Shown in pieces: positions 12,478 through 26,549 of a DNA stretch of 64,000 bases. Under the pieces are notes generated by a model. That model was not told the origin of the DNA, did not search any database, and saw nothing but the letters and a program-made list of their open reading frames with translations. The stretch comes from Eledone cirrhosa (lineage: Eukaryota). The position numbers and the translations under genes were made by a program. The stretch is taken from positions 47,430,001 to 47,494,000 of the forward strand of contig OZ024751.1 of NCBI GenBank assembly GCA_964016885.1, given 5' to 3'. Positions within the stretch are counted from its first letter, which is position 1. Each line of letters opens with the position of its first letter.

Positions 12478-13803
12478 TATTCCCCCTCTCTCTATATATA
12501 TCTTACGCTTTCGCTTTACACTCCTCCCCTTCAATAACACATTTCCCCCTCTCTATATATCTCTTCCACTGTTACTTACGCCTGTTTCTCTCTATCTGTT
12601 CCGTCTCTCTATATATATATATCTCTTACTCTTTCGCTTTGCACTCCTCCCCTTCAATACCATCTCTCCCCCTCTCTATATATTTGTTACTCTATCGCTG
12701 CACGCTCCTCTCCTTCAATATATCAATTACACACGCTTTACACTCCTTTATCCCCAGCGCCCCTATATATACACCCCCCTCCCGCATCTATATTTTAATG
12801 TTCCGTTGCACCGTGAATATATGTGTCTATATATATATACATATATATTGTATATACACATTCATGTATGTGTATACACACTCATGTATGTATATACACT
12901 GGTTTTATGTGTGTATTGTAAATTTGTACTGTTAAAACACGAAACTAACATTCGATTGACACTTTGATTACCTGTACAGGCAATAGTTATTAGAATGCTG
13001 TTGAAGTGTGTATATATTTTTGGGGGACATCCTGTATATACACACATTATATATAATACAATAAACAGATAAATACACACATATATATATGAGCTTATTT
13101 AATTATAAATATTGTGAATTTTTAACTCAGTTCAATTATATATATAAATGGCTTCTACAGGACTAGAACTGTTTCATTCGAAAGAAATCATCATAATATT
13201 GAGAGGGGGGACTAGATAAAATATTTCAAATCAAATGTGTATAAGTTATAAGTTAAAATGTATAAATAGAGACGATAGTGGAGGTATATCTGTTTAGTGG
13301 AACAGTAGACGATAGAATTAAATACAGACGAGAATCTCCCTTTAATGAAACAGCAGACGATAGAATTAAGGCAATTTAAATTTTAAGCATTTGCATTTCA
13401 TCGTTACGGGGTCGATAAAATAAAGTACCAGTAATACACTGTCACTATAAGTAGACGACTTTCAAATTGAATTGTTGGTTCCATTTCTTTAGTATTTTCA
13501 ATTGTAGTTATCTACTTAAAAAGCGTTACACGGTTAGAGACATAATTGGTAAGTTATATCTTCCCTATTAAACCATTGCATTATTTCGCCTACAATAGAA
13601 CAAAAATGAAATGTTCTTTAAAGAAACAGGAATATAACTTTATAAAAAAAAAAGTTGCATCCGCTTCTTTTATCATTGATAATTTTTTCGTTTTAATATT
13701 AATTGTTTTTTGTAGTTGTTTATATTAAAAATCTTACTGTAATATTTACTTAAACGAAGGCAGACATCTAAACTTATAGATTAATCTTGAGCGAAGGACT
13801 AGA

Positions 13804-13880
<77 letters not shown>

Positions 13881-13882
<2 letters not shown>

Positions 13883-14175
13883 GAAGAATGATAACATTTC
13901 AAGCAAAGAGTTTAATTAGGTAATGACTTACAAATTTGTTTCAGTATATATTTAATATAATATTAATATATTTTGTAATATTATTAACTAATTATTATAA
14001 TTAGCGCTTCAGGCTTTGTCTATATACTGAAACAAATTTGTAAGTCATTACCTAATTAAACTCTTTGCTTGAAATTTTATCACTCTTCGTTTTGAATTTC
14101 TCCTAAGTATTCAATACTCTGTTGAGAAATACATTTTACATAAACAGTCTTTGTACCATTTATACGGTATTAATT
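13881..14175. mobile_element. PLE-derived fold-back element (HHR 3' half)
   Basis: Arms 13881-13950 and 14021-14090; GAAA-CAAATTTG-TA palindromic stem III; (TA)n flanks. Confidence 0.65.
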
Positions 14176-14180
14176 ACTTA

Positions 14181-14323
<143 letters not shown>

Positions 14324-14548
14324 CGTATGATTAGAACTGTGTTTATTATTAATATTTTAATGGATTTAATGAAAAATTTTAGGTGTTCATATATATATTC
14401 TAAAACTGCGCGAAATCGTGAATCCGCGATAGTTGAACCGCCAAGTAGCGAGGTATCACTGTATATATGTTTAAATATATAGTGTAGCTGTGATGTATCT
14501 CGCGAGTGAATCGGACCTGTCACTGATTTTGGTGTCCCCACTGCCGAT

Positions 14549-14953
14549 GTGAATGAGCAACGCTGCACTTGTGAATTGGGTCTTGATGTTGCAGGCAGTT
14601 CATATACTTACAATGATGCGGTCCCACAAGCTTGTTCACATTCCTGTGCTAATAATCTAGATGGGCGTATTAAATTGGATGTGAAAGCAGCTTACCGGAT
14701 GCGGAATCGGGAGAAGTTGAGACAAAAACAGGCCGATTATAGAGCTGTGAATTTTGCTAAATTAACACAAAACCAGGCCAAGTATAGATGTTCAAAACGG
14801 TATGAGTTGGCAAACAAGCAGGCCAAGTATAGATCTGCAAATTCAGCTATTATATCTCAAAAGCAAGCCGAGCGTAGAGCTTCTAAACGTACCGAGTTGG
14901 CTAAAGAGCAGACCAAGTACAGATCTGCAAATATCTTATTGCACAAACAATAA
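14549..14953 (+). pseudogene. Helitron-like N-terminal basic 15-aa repeat region
   Basis: Repeats KQA(D/K)YRxxNxxxLxx; helicase-like fragments lie downstream. Confidence 0.45.
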
Positions 14954-14977
14954 TTCTGCACAAATGTTGCTCCATTA

Positions 14978-15158
14978 TTTTGGCAGTATTGGTAGAGGGT
15001 CGGATGCCATGCTTTCCAGCATAGTTACGTCCCTTTACGATCTGAGTTCAAATCCTGCCGAGGTTGACTTTGCCTTTCATCCTTACGGGGTAGATAAAAT
15101 AAAGTACCAGTAATGCACTGGGTAATTGCTGGCCTTGTGCCTAAAGTAGAAACAATTA
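14978..15158 (+). mobile_element. tRNA-derived SINE
   Basis: A/B-box head plus shared core. Confidence 0.85.
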
Positions 15159-15339
15159 TTAGATCTAATGTTGCAACGATACAGTTAAATGTTGTCTGTG
15201 TATTTTAAAAAAGATTTGCTTATAATCTTTTCAAATTTCATTACGCCAATGATTCAAGCTCAAATTGACATTATCTAAAAAATTGTACAAACAGCGGTGG
15301 ATTAGCAGTAGTGAACAGATAAATCAGTCAATTTATTAA

Positions 15340-15998
15340 GATTGACTTGGCATCAATCAGCAAGACCTTCATTAGCTGCTCTCCAGCCATCTATTTAAAG
15401 CTGTATACATCTATGGTACGAATACACTTGGAGTTCGCGTCATCAGTCTGGAACCCCTATCTTGCTCAGAACATTGACCTCCTGGAAACTGTTCAGAGAC
15501 ATGCAACCAAGCGCATACCCTCCATCAGACACCTACCATACCCTGAATATTTTGCTTCCCTCTGGCAATGGACTTGGTAAACACCCACAAAGTTATTAAC
15601 CATCCGACCAACAACAACCCCGAACACCTTTTTGATCTCCATGTGTCTAACACGTGGACATGCCTACAAAGTCAGAAAACAACACAGCTCCCATGACTTT
15701 AGGAAATATTTCTTCATGCTCAGAGTTGCTGAAGGATGGAACAAACTTCCTGCATCAGTTGTTAGCTGATGACACACTGCATCCTTTAAAACCATCATAC
15801 ATTCCGAAATACACCAAAACTACACCTGATGTCCCCCTTCCATACACATGCACATATGTGTATATCATGACTCATGCACTGTTCTTTTTTCCTGACGTTT
15901 TTATATTACCCTATGTATTATATATGCACTTTTGATGAGTTGTAGTGCACCTCAGCATTGTACACAATATTTTCATTATTATTATCATTATTATTATT
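15340..15998 (+). mobile_element. CR1/L2-type LINE 3' fragment
   Basis: LYTSMVRIHLEFASSVWNPY..DLLETVQRHATKRIP, then TRGH..K...FF..RV...WNKLP; (ATT)n tail. Confidence 0.85.
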
Positions 15999-16019
15999 AC
16001 ACTCATTGATCCATTTTGC

Positions 16020-16460
16020 ACTAACTCTACATCAAGCACCCTCACCTAAATATTAACCAATCAAGGATCCAATACAGCTATCTGTTGGATGAGTATTGTA
16101 TAGTGCCAAAAGCGAAACCAATCAGTTTAGCAGAAAGTTTCCAGACAAGAAACACGCATATTTTGCTATCCTCAAACACGTTTACACATGGCATGAAATA
16201 TAACTAATCCGAGATGGCTAGGTTTCATCTTCTAACTGGATATACGAAATCCATTATGTCTTGACAACAACATGAGGTAACATTATGTTATTCACAGACA
16301 CACTTTGTACACTGTTCCATATCAGAATGTATTTCCTTCGTCACATTCACAAACAGTATTGAAAATATGTTCTTCGGCAAATAAAAATGTTTTGTTCATA
16401 ATATTTCAACTAGCGATTGCTCTACTCCACGCACGACCACCATAAATTAATGACCAGCTC
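16020..16460 (+). pseudogene. Degenerate Helitron PIF1-like helicase fragment
   Basis: Fragments LLDEY (Walker B-like), LCLDNNMR and TPR...INDQL across frames. Confidence 0.45.
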
Positions 16461-16465
16461 AACAC

Positions 16466-16640
16466 AAGTATTGGTAGAGCGTCAGACACCATGCTTTGCA
16501 GTATTGTTATGGTCCTTTGCATTCTAAGTTCAAATCCTGCCGAGGTTAACTTCGACTTTCATACTTACTAATTCGATAAAATAAAGTACCAGTAATGGAC
16601 TGCCGTAATGGATTTGTGCCGAAAAATAGAAACACTATTA
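16466..16640 (+). mobile_element. tRNA-derived SINE, diverged
   Basis: Degenerate core and GTTCAAATCC. Confidence 0.75.
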
Positions 16641-17190
16641 ATGTGCAATAAGAGCAAAATATAACGACATTGCTCAATTATTTTATCTAATGTTGTAATA
16701 ACACAAGGAAATGTTGTTTGTGTATTTTTTTTTATATTTGCTCATAGGCTTTTACAATTTCGCTCAGCCAACAACTATTAAAAAGTGAGTTGCTTAAGAT
16801 AACAATTTAATCACAAATTGTTGCTATCTTTTAATACACTCCAACAAGTCATCAAATTATGTACAATAAAAACAAATCTTATTAATTTGCTCAGGGAATA
16901 TAAAGAAAATGTATATACACTGATAATTGCAATTGTATGTAAATATTTTGTTTTTGTATTGTTTATTTTATGTTTTCTATTATGTATAATATATTGATTT
17001 AATATTGATTGTTTTTTGTAGTTGTTTATATTAAAAGTCTGAAAATATTTTTATACATCTTACACTAATATTTATAAGATAATTTATAATAACAATTACA
17101 TAATCTAATTACATTACAACGATAATTTATTATTAATATATATCCTCTTTAACTAGAGTTATTACAAGCGTTGCCTTAAAAAAATATTAA

Positions 17191-18146
17191 ACTAGACATG
17201 AAAAATGCGCAAGCTCAAAAGTGCCACAGAATGTTATAATAAACCTTCAAAAGTGTGGGACTAGAGTTGTTGCTAAAAAATATTGTAATCATTATATATC
17301 GTACATTCTGTGGCATCCTTTATAAAAATAGCTTAAACCAACGAAGCCTTTATTTTTACGCTATTTCACTTAGTTAATTCTTAGAGTGTAACATATAAAA
17401 ATAAATACATCTATGTTTAATGTAATAACAGCTATAAATAATTACGTAATATTATTATCATATACTCATAGTAACAAAATAATTGTGTTGAAAATTAATA
17501 TGATGCTTATATGAACGATCAAATCTATAATGATAATTTCTTAAATATACTAATAGTAAAATAATTTAGTTATCTATTGTTACATTTTCATAGAACTATA
17601 ATATTAACAATCGTATTGCATTATCAAATTTTTATCACTACAAACTTTCATATTGGAATTACCTTAAGCCACTTATTATTACTTCGCTTTTGTACTTTTA
17701 CAGCTGTAGATATTGCGCTGTATCTTATATCTAATATCAATATCTCATGGTAATTTGCATGCAGTGTAAAATAGGTTTATTAATAACTTTAATATGAAAT
17801 GTATTATACAGGGCTGCGGAGTCGGCCAAAAATTGACTGGCTCCAACTCAGGATCCGATATTCCCTTATTTCCTAAATTTCAGCTCCGCAGCTCTGTTAT
17901 TATATTAATTAATTTATTTTATAGTTGTAAATCATATTTTTATATGTTACACTCTAAGAATTAACTAAGTGAAATAGCGTAAAAATAAAGGCTTCGTTGG
18001 TTTAAGCTATTTTTATAAAGGATGCCACAGAATGTACGATATATAATGATTACAATATTTTTTAGCAACAACTCTAGTCCCACACTTTTGAAGGTTTATT
18101 ATAACATTCTGTGGCACTTTTGAGCTTGCGCATTTTTCATGTCTAG
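17191..18146. repeat. ~210-bp near-perfect inverted repeat with ~530-bp spacer
   Basis: 17191-17402 is the reverse complement of 17935-18146. Confidence 0.9.
17809..17896. mobile_element. Tiny hAT-type MITE
   Basis: TIRs CAGGGCTGCGGAG and CTCCGCAGCTCTG; 8-bp TSD GTATTATA/TTATTATA (7/8 match). Confidence 0.65.
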
Positions 18147-18233
18147 TATATATATACATACACACATATATATATATATATATGCGGTGCCCCAGCATGG
18201 CCTCAGCCGGATGGCTGAAACAGGTAAAAGAGA

Positions 18234-18266
<33 letters not shown>

Positions 18267-18548
18267 GTATTTACGTATCGAGAAAGAGAAAAAAAGGGGG
18301 GATAGGTGATACATATAGTTATTTGCCAAGTAGCGTATGCCAAAGGTGCTCGATACTAGTGCCGGCAGTATTAAATATTCGAAGTGTTAATATTTAGTGG
18401 GCTAGAGAGTTAGCAGAGCGTAAGCACGTGGCAAAGTAAAAAATCGGAGAATAGACCGTTAAAACATGTTTATTTAAAACAGCACCACGTAGGTTTCGCA
18501 CAATTGGGCTTCTCAGGGGCATAAATAATCACATATATATATATATAT

Positions 18549-18617
<69 letters not shown>

Positions 18618-18620
<3 letters not shown>

Positions 18621-18803
18621 CGAAGGAAATGTGGTAAGGAACCAGGTGGACCAAAGTACTCAATACTTAGGGTAGTAGAGTGGGTAATAGGAACGCGTAG
18701 GACCCCGACATCTGAGCTCAAGCCGTTTCGACGGCTAATTCTGGACTAGTCCAGAATTAGCCGTCGAAACGGGTTGAGCTCAGCCGTTGGGGTCCTACTC
18801 GTT

Positions 18804-18808
<5 letters not shown>
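18618..18808 (-). mobile_element. ~200-bp hairpin element family, copy 1
   Basis: Palindrome centred on CTGGACTAGTCCAG; long and short arm; (TA)n flanks; homologous to the 22725 and 25133 copies. Confidence 0.85.
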
Positions 18809-18862
<54 letters not shown>

Positions 18863-18949
18863 ATATATATTTTTCTTTTCTATCAGCACCGATTTCCTCG
18901 ACAAAGACCCTCAACATGATCCTGGTTACAAAAGTGGACTTTAAAAACT

Positions 18950-19068
<119 letters not shown>

Positions 19069-19950
19069 TATATCTTTTCTGGTCTTTTACATTATCTCCC
19101 TCTCTCTTTCTCTCTCGCATACAATATCTCATTCACACACATTATCTTCTTTCCTCTCACACACATTCTCTCTACTTTTTTCACACACACACTATCTCTT
19201 CCATGCACCTTACCCCTCTTATTACTCTTATTACCCCCCCCCCCCCCCGCCCCACCCGTCTCTCTTACAAACACGCGAACATAATAATGTACACATACAA
19301 CACCATGTCAGTAATGGGAACTGCCACCATCTTTCTCTCCACGGAACATAGCAAACTATTAACAAATCAGACATGCCACTGCTTTGTTCATTTGTTTGAT
19401 GGATTGTTTGAAAGATGTTTGATGCATTGTTTGAGAGTCTAGTGTGAACTCTCAAAGAACAACCGAAGCTATGAACACGCAATTTTAATCATCGATATTT
19501 ACAAACCAAACATTATTTAACTTTAGGTTTTGAAGGTTTGATTTTTTTAATCAATTAATTTGAATATTAACTATAGAGTGAAGTTTTGTTAAACATTCTA
19601 TATGCTTTGTGCTTTACTGGTTAATAAAAAAAATTTGAACCAGGAATACGAAAAACGAAACGTAGATTATATTTTATAGATTAATCAGGGAGAAAATGGG
19701 TAAAGTTTCTCGCCTATGAAGGCTATTGTTTCTGATTAATGAGATCGATGCAGCTTATATCCATGAGAGCAAATACTAATATGAAGTGACCCCACCCCGA
19801 GGGACTAAATCGGGCCCTGCTTTCATTCATCCACGTATGTAGAACCTAGGACATATAATAAGTGTTATATCCGGGAGTTGTTAGTGTGTTTCGAGCCATA
19901 CAATTTACCTCCTTCCTTAGGTGACCCAACCAAGTTTAACCAAACCTCAC

Positions 19951-22062
19951 TCTGTGTTCAGGTGTCACACATACTACTGACCCGACATCTCTCCAGTCTG
20001 TGTTCAGGTGTCACACATACTACTGACCCGACACCTCTCCAGTCTGTGTTCAGGTGTCACACATACTACTGACCCGACACCTCTCCAGTCTGTGTTCAGG
20101 TATCACACATACTACTGACCCGACACCTCTCCAGTCTGTGATCAAGTGTCACACATACTACTGACCCGACACCTCTCCAGTCTGTGATCAGGTGTCATAC
20201 AACTACTGACCCGACACCACTCCAGTCTGTGATCAGGTGTCACACATACTACTGACCCGACACCTCTCCAGTCTGTGATCAGGTGTCACACATACTACTG
20301 ACCCGACACCTCTCCAGTCTGTGATCAGGTGTCACACATACTACTGACCCGACACCTCTCCAGTCTGTGATCAGGTGTCACACATACTACTGACCCGACA
20401 CCTCTCCAGTCTGTGATCAGGTGTCACACATACTACTGACCCGACACCTCTCCAGCCTGTGTTCAGGTGTCACACATACTACTGACCCGACACCTCTCCA
20501 GTCTGTGTTCAGGTATCACACATACTACTGACCCGACACCTCTCCAGTCTGTGTTCAGGTGTCACACATATTACTGACCCGACACCTCTGCAGTCTGTGA
20601 TCAGGTGTCACACATACTACTGACCCGACAACTCTGCAGTCTGTGATCAGGTCTCACACATACTACTGACCCGACACCTCTCCAGTCTGTGATCAGGTGT
20701 CACACATACTACTGACCCGACACCTCTCCAGTCTGTGATCAGGTGTCACACATACTACTGACCCGACACCTCTCCAGTCTGTGATCAGGTGTCACACATA
20801 CTACTGACCCGACACCTCTCCAGTCTGTGATCAGGTGTCACACATACTACTGACCCGACACCTCTCCAGCCTGTGTTCAGGTGTCACACATACTACTGAC
20901 CCGACACCTCTCCAGTCTGTGTTCAGGTATCACACATACTACTGACCCGACACCTCTCCAGTCTGTGTTCAGGTGTCACACATATTACTGACCCGACACC
21001 TCTGCAGTCTGTGATCAGGTGTCACACATACTACTGACCCGACAACTCTGCAGTCTGTGATCAGGTCTCACACATACTACTGACCCGACACCTCTCCAGT
21101 CTGTGATCAGGTGTCACACATACTACTGCCCCGACACCTCTCCAGTCTGTGTTCAAGTGTCACACATACTACTGACCCGACACCTCTCCAGTCTGTGTTC
21201 AGGTGTCACACATACTACTGACCCGACACCTCTCCAGTCTGTGATCAGGTGTCACACATACTACTGACCCGACACCTCTCCAGTCTGTGATCATGGGTCA
21301 TACAACTACTGACCCGACACCTCTCCAGTCTGTGATCAGGTGTCACACATACTACTGACCCGACACCTCTCCAGTCTGTGTTCAGGTGTCACACATACTA
21401 CTGACCCGACACCTCTCCAGTCTGTGATCAGCTGTCACACATACTACTGACCCGACATCTCTCCAGTCTGTGATCAGGTGTCATACATACTACTGACCCG
21501 ACATCTCTCCAGTCTGTGATCAGGTGTCACACATACTACTGACCCGACACCTCTCCAGTCTGTGATCAGGTGTCACACATACTACTGACCCGACACCTCT
21601 CCAGTCTGTGATCAGGTGTTTAGACATACTACTGACCCGACACCTCTCCAGTCTGTGTTCAAGTGTCACACATACTACTGACCCGACACCACTCCAGTCT
21701 GTGATCAGCTGTCACACATACTACTGACCCGACATCTCTCCAGTCTGTGATCAGGTGTCACACATACTACTGACGCGACACCTCTCCAGTCTGTGTTCAG
21801 GTGTCATACATACTACTGACCCGACACCTCTCCAGTCTGTGTTCAGGTATCACACATACTACTGACCCGACACCTCTCCAGTCTGTGTTCAGGTATCACA
21901 CATACTACTGACCCGACACCTCTCTAGTCTGTGTTCAGGTATCACACATACTACTGACCCGACACCTCTCCAGTCTGTGTTCAGGTATCACACATACTAC
22001 TGACCCGACACCTCTGCAGTCTATGATCAGGTATCACACATACTACTGACCCGACACCTCTC
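19951..22062. repeat. 46-bp minisatellite, ~46 units
   Basis: Unit CTGTG(A/T)TCAGGTGTCACACATACTACTGACCCGACACCTCTCCAGT; contiguous, no spacers. Confidence 0.95.
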
Positions 22063-22386
22063 ACATATCCTCCCCCATAACCCTCTAGTTATCCATTCTG
22101 TGGCTTTCACGTTGTTCCTGCCTGGTTTTCCTTTAGTTTTCTCCTGTAATGTCCAGATCTCCGCCGGTTTTACTAAAGAAAACGAGCTGTAAACTGACCG
22201 CTGCCAACATCCACCGACATGCACCTGGTCCTTCACCCACTCCTACGGCACAACCCATCACCACCAACATCTGCTACTTTGCTCTCTCTCTTTCTCCTCT
22301 GCCTCCTTCATCCTTTCTTCCCAGGCTGCAATATTTTTATCATATTCGCTTTAATTAACATTCTGCACACACAAACACACATATAT

Positions 22387-22534
<148 letters not shown>

Positions 22535-22664
22535 GTAGTTCTACAACATTTAGTTCACCATACCGAGAACAATTGTTTCACCTTATTCGGATCATCAGCT
22601 CGATCTAAATGAAGTTATACGGAAAAGGAAAAACAACCGTACGAATACATGTTTAAACAAATAA

Positions 22665-22724
<60 letters not shown>

Positions 22725-22727
<3 letters not shown>

Positions 22728-22924
22728 ATGACCCCGACGGCAGAGCTCAAACCGTTTCGACGACTATTTCTGGACTATTTCTGGATTAGTCCAGAAATAG
22801 CCGTCGAAACGGCTTGAGCTCTGCCGTCGGGGTCATATTTTTTCTTATTTCCCACTCTACTACCCTAAGTATTGAGTACTCTGGTGCGTTATGGTCCATC
22901 TGGTTCCTTACCACAATTCCTTTG

Positions 22925-22928
<4 letters not shown>
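22725..22928 (+). mobile_element. ~200-bp hairpin element family, copy 2
   Basis: Same sequence and fold point as the 18618 copy; (TA)n flanks. Confidence 0.85.
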
Positions 22929-22994
<66 letters not shown>

Positions 22995-23293
22995 GTTTCT
23001 GCTTTTGGCACAAGGCCAGCAATTAACCAGTGCATTACTGGTACTTTATTTTATCGACCCCGTAAGATATATATATATAATATTATTCAAAATGTTAATA
23101 ATGAAAAATATTCTCATAATCAAAATATATATTTTATTATACATGTTTCAAAGGTACAATGGTGTTTAAGTACGTTTTCATCAGACAAAATATATGATTT
23201 GATATGTGACATACCGCTACCATTTTGATTATTCAATTCGATATTGTAATATTGGATTCGTTGAGTAATCAACGAATCATATTAATCTTTGGT

Positions 23294-23351
<58 letters not shown>

Positions 23352-23479
23352 GGCATTGGCGCAAACACTCAGATACACACACACACACATGCTTTCATAC
23401 ATCCTCTACATATTCTACCTGCCATTCTGTAGCTGTCAATTCATCTTCAATGTATTTACCTGTAATTTTGTTCCAGTAA

Positions 23480-24354
23480 TCATATACATACACACAGGCA
23501 TTCACAGAAACACACACATACATGCACATACAAACACACACATACACACATACACACATACACATACACAAACACGCACATACACATACACAAACACGCA
23601 CATACAGAAACATTTGCATACGCACATATACAATTACATACACAAACGCATACACGCACACACACAAACACGCACATACACACACACACAAACATACACA
23701 CATACATTTACACACAAACACACAAAAACATGCAGGCACACACATATACAATCACATTCACACATGCACTTATGCACAGACACAATAATGACACAGACAC
23801 ATACAGATACAGGCACACCCATATTCACATACATATACACACATACACACACATACAAACACAGACACACACACATACACATACATATACACACATACAC
23901 ACACACACAGACAGAAACACACACACACACATACAAACACATATACACACACAGACACATACATACACATACATATACACACACATACACATGCACATAC
24001 ATACACAGACACACACACATACACATACATACACACACATACGTGCACACACATACAGACACAGACACACACATACACATACTTATACACACGCACACAC
24101 ACACATAGAGACACAGCCACACAAACATACACATACATATACACACATACATACACACACACACATACAGACACAGACACACACACACATACAAACACAT
24201 ATACACACATACATATACACACACAGACACACACATATACACATACATATACACACATACGTATACACACACACAGACACACACGTATCCACATACCTAC
24301 ACACACATACCTATACACACACACAGACACACACATATACACATACAGACACAC

Positions 24355-24428
<74 letters not shown>
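23480..24428. repeat. Degenerate (CA/TA)n low-complexity tract
   Basis: Direct reading. Confidence 0.9.
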
Positions 24429-24430
<2 letters not shown>

Positions 24431-25103
24431 CTAGCAATAATAAATGGTCTGGAAATTGATAATTGGAAATTGTTAGTTTCTGTGAAATGGAGATGAAGAA
24501 TGGAATTAGATAAAGATTGGTAGAAATAGCAATTCCATGGAAATCGAACATGGTTCGATAGTACATTTATTGGTTTAGTCTCTTTCTCTGTTAGCCTCCT
24601 CCTCAACTTTCACTCACTCATTCTCTGTCACTACCTCTCCTCCTCCTCCTCTTTCCTCCTCTTTCTTCCCGCTTGACCTTTCCGATTTCTTTTCTCGCGC
24701 GTTCTTGGTCAAGCCGGTATGGATTTTTTTTCTCTCTCTCTCTCTCTCTCGTCTGCGACTTCACAGAACTTACGTTTACCGAATTCGTAGACCAGACCCC
24801 TTCTTCTTCCCCCCGTTAGACCTGTGCGAAATTCCTTCCTTGCTCACATTTCAACCAGGTTTGATGGTCTTTTGTCTCTTGTTCACGATTTCACCGAGTT
24901 TATATTCATAGAAATCTGGGACTTGTCTCTTTCTTCTCACTTTCCGTTGCTTAAACCATTTTGTTTGTTCACCCTAACGTCCCCTTTATTTACGTGTCCC
25001 AACGACTTTTTTTAGCCGTTATTCGCACCAACCTGAGGTATATAGCCTTTAAAGCGATGAAATGCCTGGGACGGTTGGAGGGTCACTGATGAAGGACTTA
25101 CTT

Positions 25104-25132
<29 letters not shown>

Positions 25133-25134
<2 letters not shown>

Positions 25135-25345
25135 GGAACGAGTAGGACCCCGACGGCTGAGCTCAATCCGTTTCGACGGCTAATTCTGGACACATATATA
25201 TGAGTCCAGAATTAGCCGTCGAAACGGCTTGAGCTCAGCCGTCGGGGCCCTTCTCGTTCTTATTACCCACTCTACTACCCTAAGTATTGAGTACTTTGGT
25301 GCGTTATTGTCCACCTGGTTCCTTACCACATTTCCTTCGTTATAT
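25133..25345 (+). mobile_element. ~200-bp hairpin element family, copy 3
   Basis: Same family; loop contains ACATATATATG; (TA)n flanks. Confidence 0.85.
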
Positions 25346-25726
25346 ATATACAGGCTGTCCCACAAAAATGTATACACACTTCAACAGCATTCTAATCAAA
25401 GTGCGTCAGGGCATTCTTCTAGGAGAAGGCAACTCAGGAAACTGGGATAACTCCGATAAAAAAACCTGCGGCTCAGTAGTTTCCGATGATGTTGATCTTT
25501 TCTTCTTTTGGGGTTATAGCTACTGTCGCTCAGAGAGTGGGATTGGCTCAGTGCACAGTCTTTCCTCACTTAAAAAAATACATTCACGCACAGGCATTGC
25601 ACGATAGAATTAATTAATAATTATTAATAATGTATATCGTGCAATGGCCATTACTCGATAACGAGGGGGCAGCCATCATATATATATATATATATATTAA
25701 ACATACGGTATATTGCCAAATATACT

Positions 25727-25818
<92 letters not shown>

Positions 25819-26004
25819 TCATCACCGTTTTACGTCCGTTCTTCCACGCTAGCATGGGTTAGACGGTATATATATATATATATTTAAAGGTTAAACAAGG
25901 TTCAATGAATAAATCAAAGAATGAGTTTTACAATAGATTGGAAGCACTCAACAGCAATGCCATGACTGAATCTTAACCATCTACTATGTCACGGTATGTC
26001 ATCT

Positions 26005-26071
26005 TATTTTATCTGATGAGGACGTACTGTTGAAGTTAGCTCAGTACCTCTGAAATATGTATAATAAAATA
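26005..26071 (+). ncRNA. Type I hammerhead ribozyme (minimal, PLE-type)
   Basis: TATTTTAT-CTGATGA-stem II (GTACTG/CAGTAC)-GAAA-TATGTA-TA-ATAAAATA. Confidence 0.8.
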
Positions 26072-26202
26072 TACTTGATCACACGAATGTCTATTTTTGT
26101 TAATATTTTGAATTAATATATATGTATCCAGGAGATTCCAACCTGAATGGTTGCATTTTTTAAGGGTATGTCAATATTTATTTATAAAACTAACCTATAT
26201 TA

Positions 26203-26268
26203 TATTTTATCTGATGAAAGCGCGCCATAGTTTGCTCAGGTGGCCCTTGAAATATGTATAATGAAATA
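26203..26268 (+). ncRNA. Type I hammerhead ribozyme
   Basis: TATTTTAT-CTGATGA-stem II (GCCAT/GTGGC)-GAAA-TATGTA-TA-ATGAAATA. Confidence 0.75.
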
Positions 26269-26306
26269 AATATGGTTTTATAAATATAGTTTCCATTTGT
26301 TTCCAT

Positions 26307-26465
<159 letters not shown>

Positions 26466-26549
26466 CTTTGAATAACTTTGAAATGTTTTGGCCAGTATTG
26501 GCCCAGGCCATGTCTAACTTAATAGCACCACCTGGCGAAGTCTTTCAAT

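Noticed and set aside
19951-22062. CRISPR-like array
   Set aside because: Units are contiguous with no unique spacers, there are no cas genes, and the context is eukaryotic.
24770-25110. Possible minus-strand exon or mini-intron, and a lone CTGATGA
   Set aside because: Frames are short with stops, and no matching HHR stems were found.
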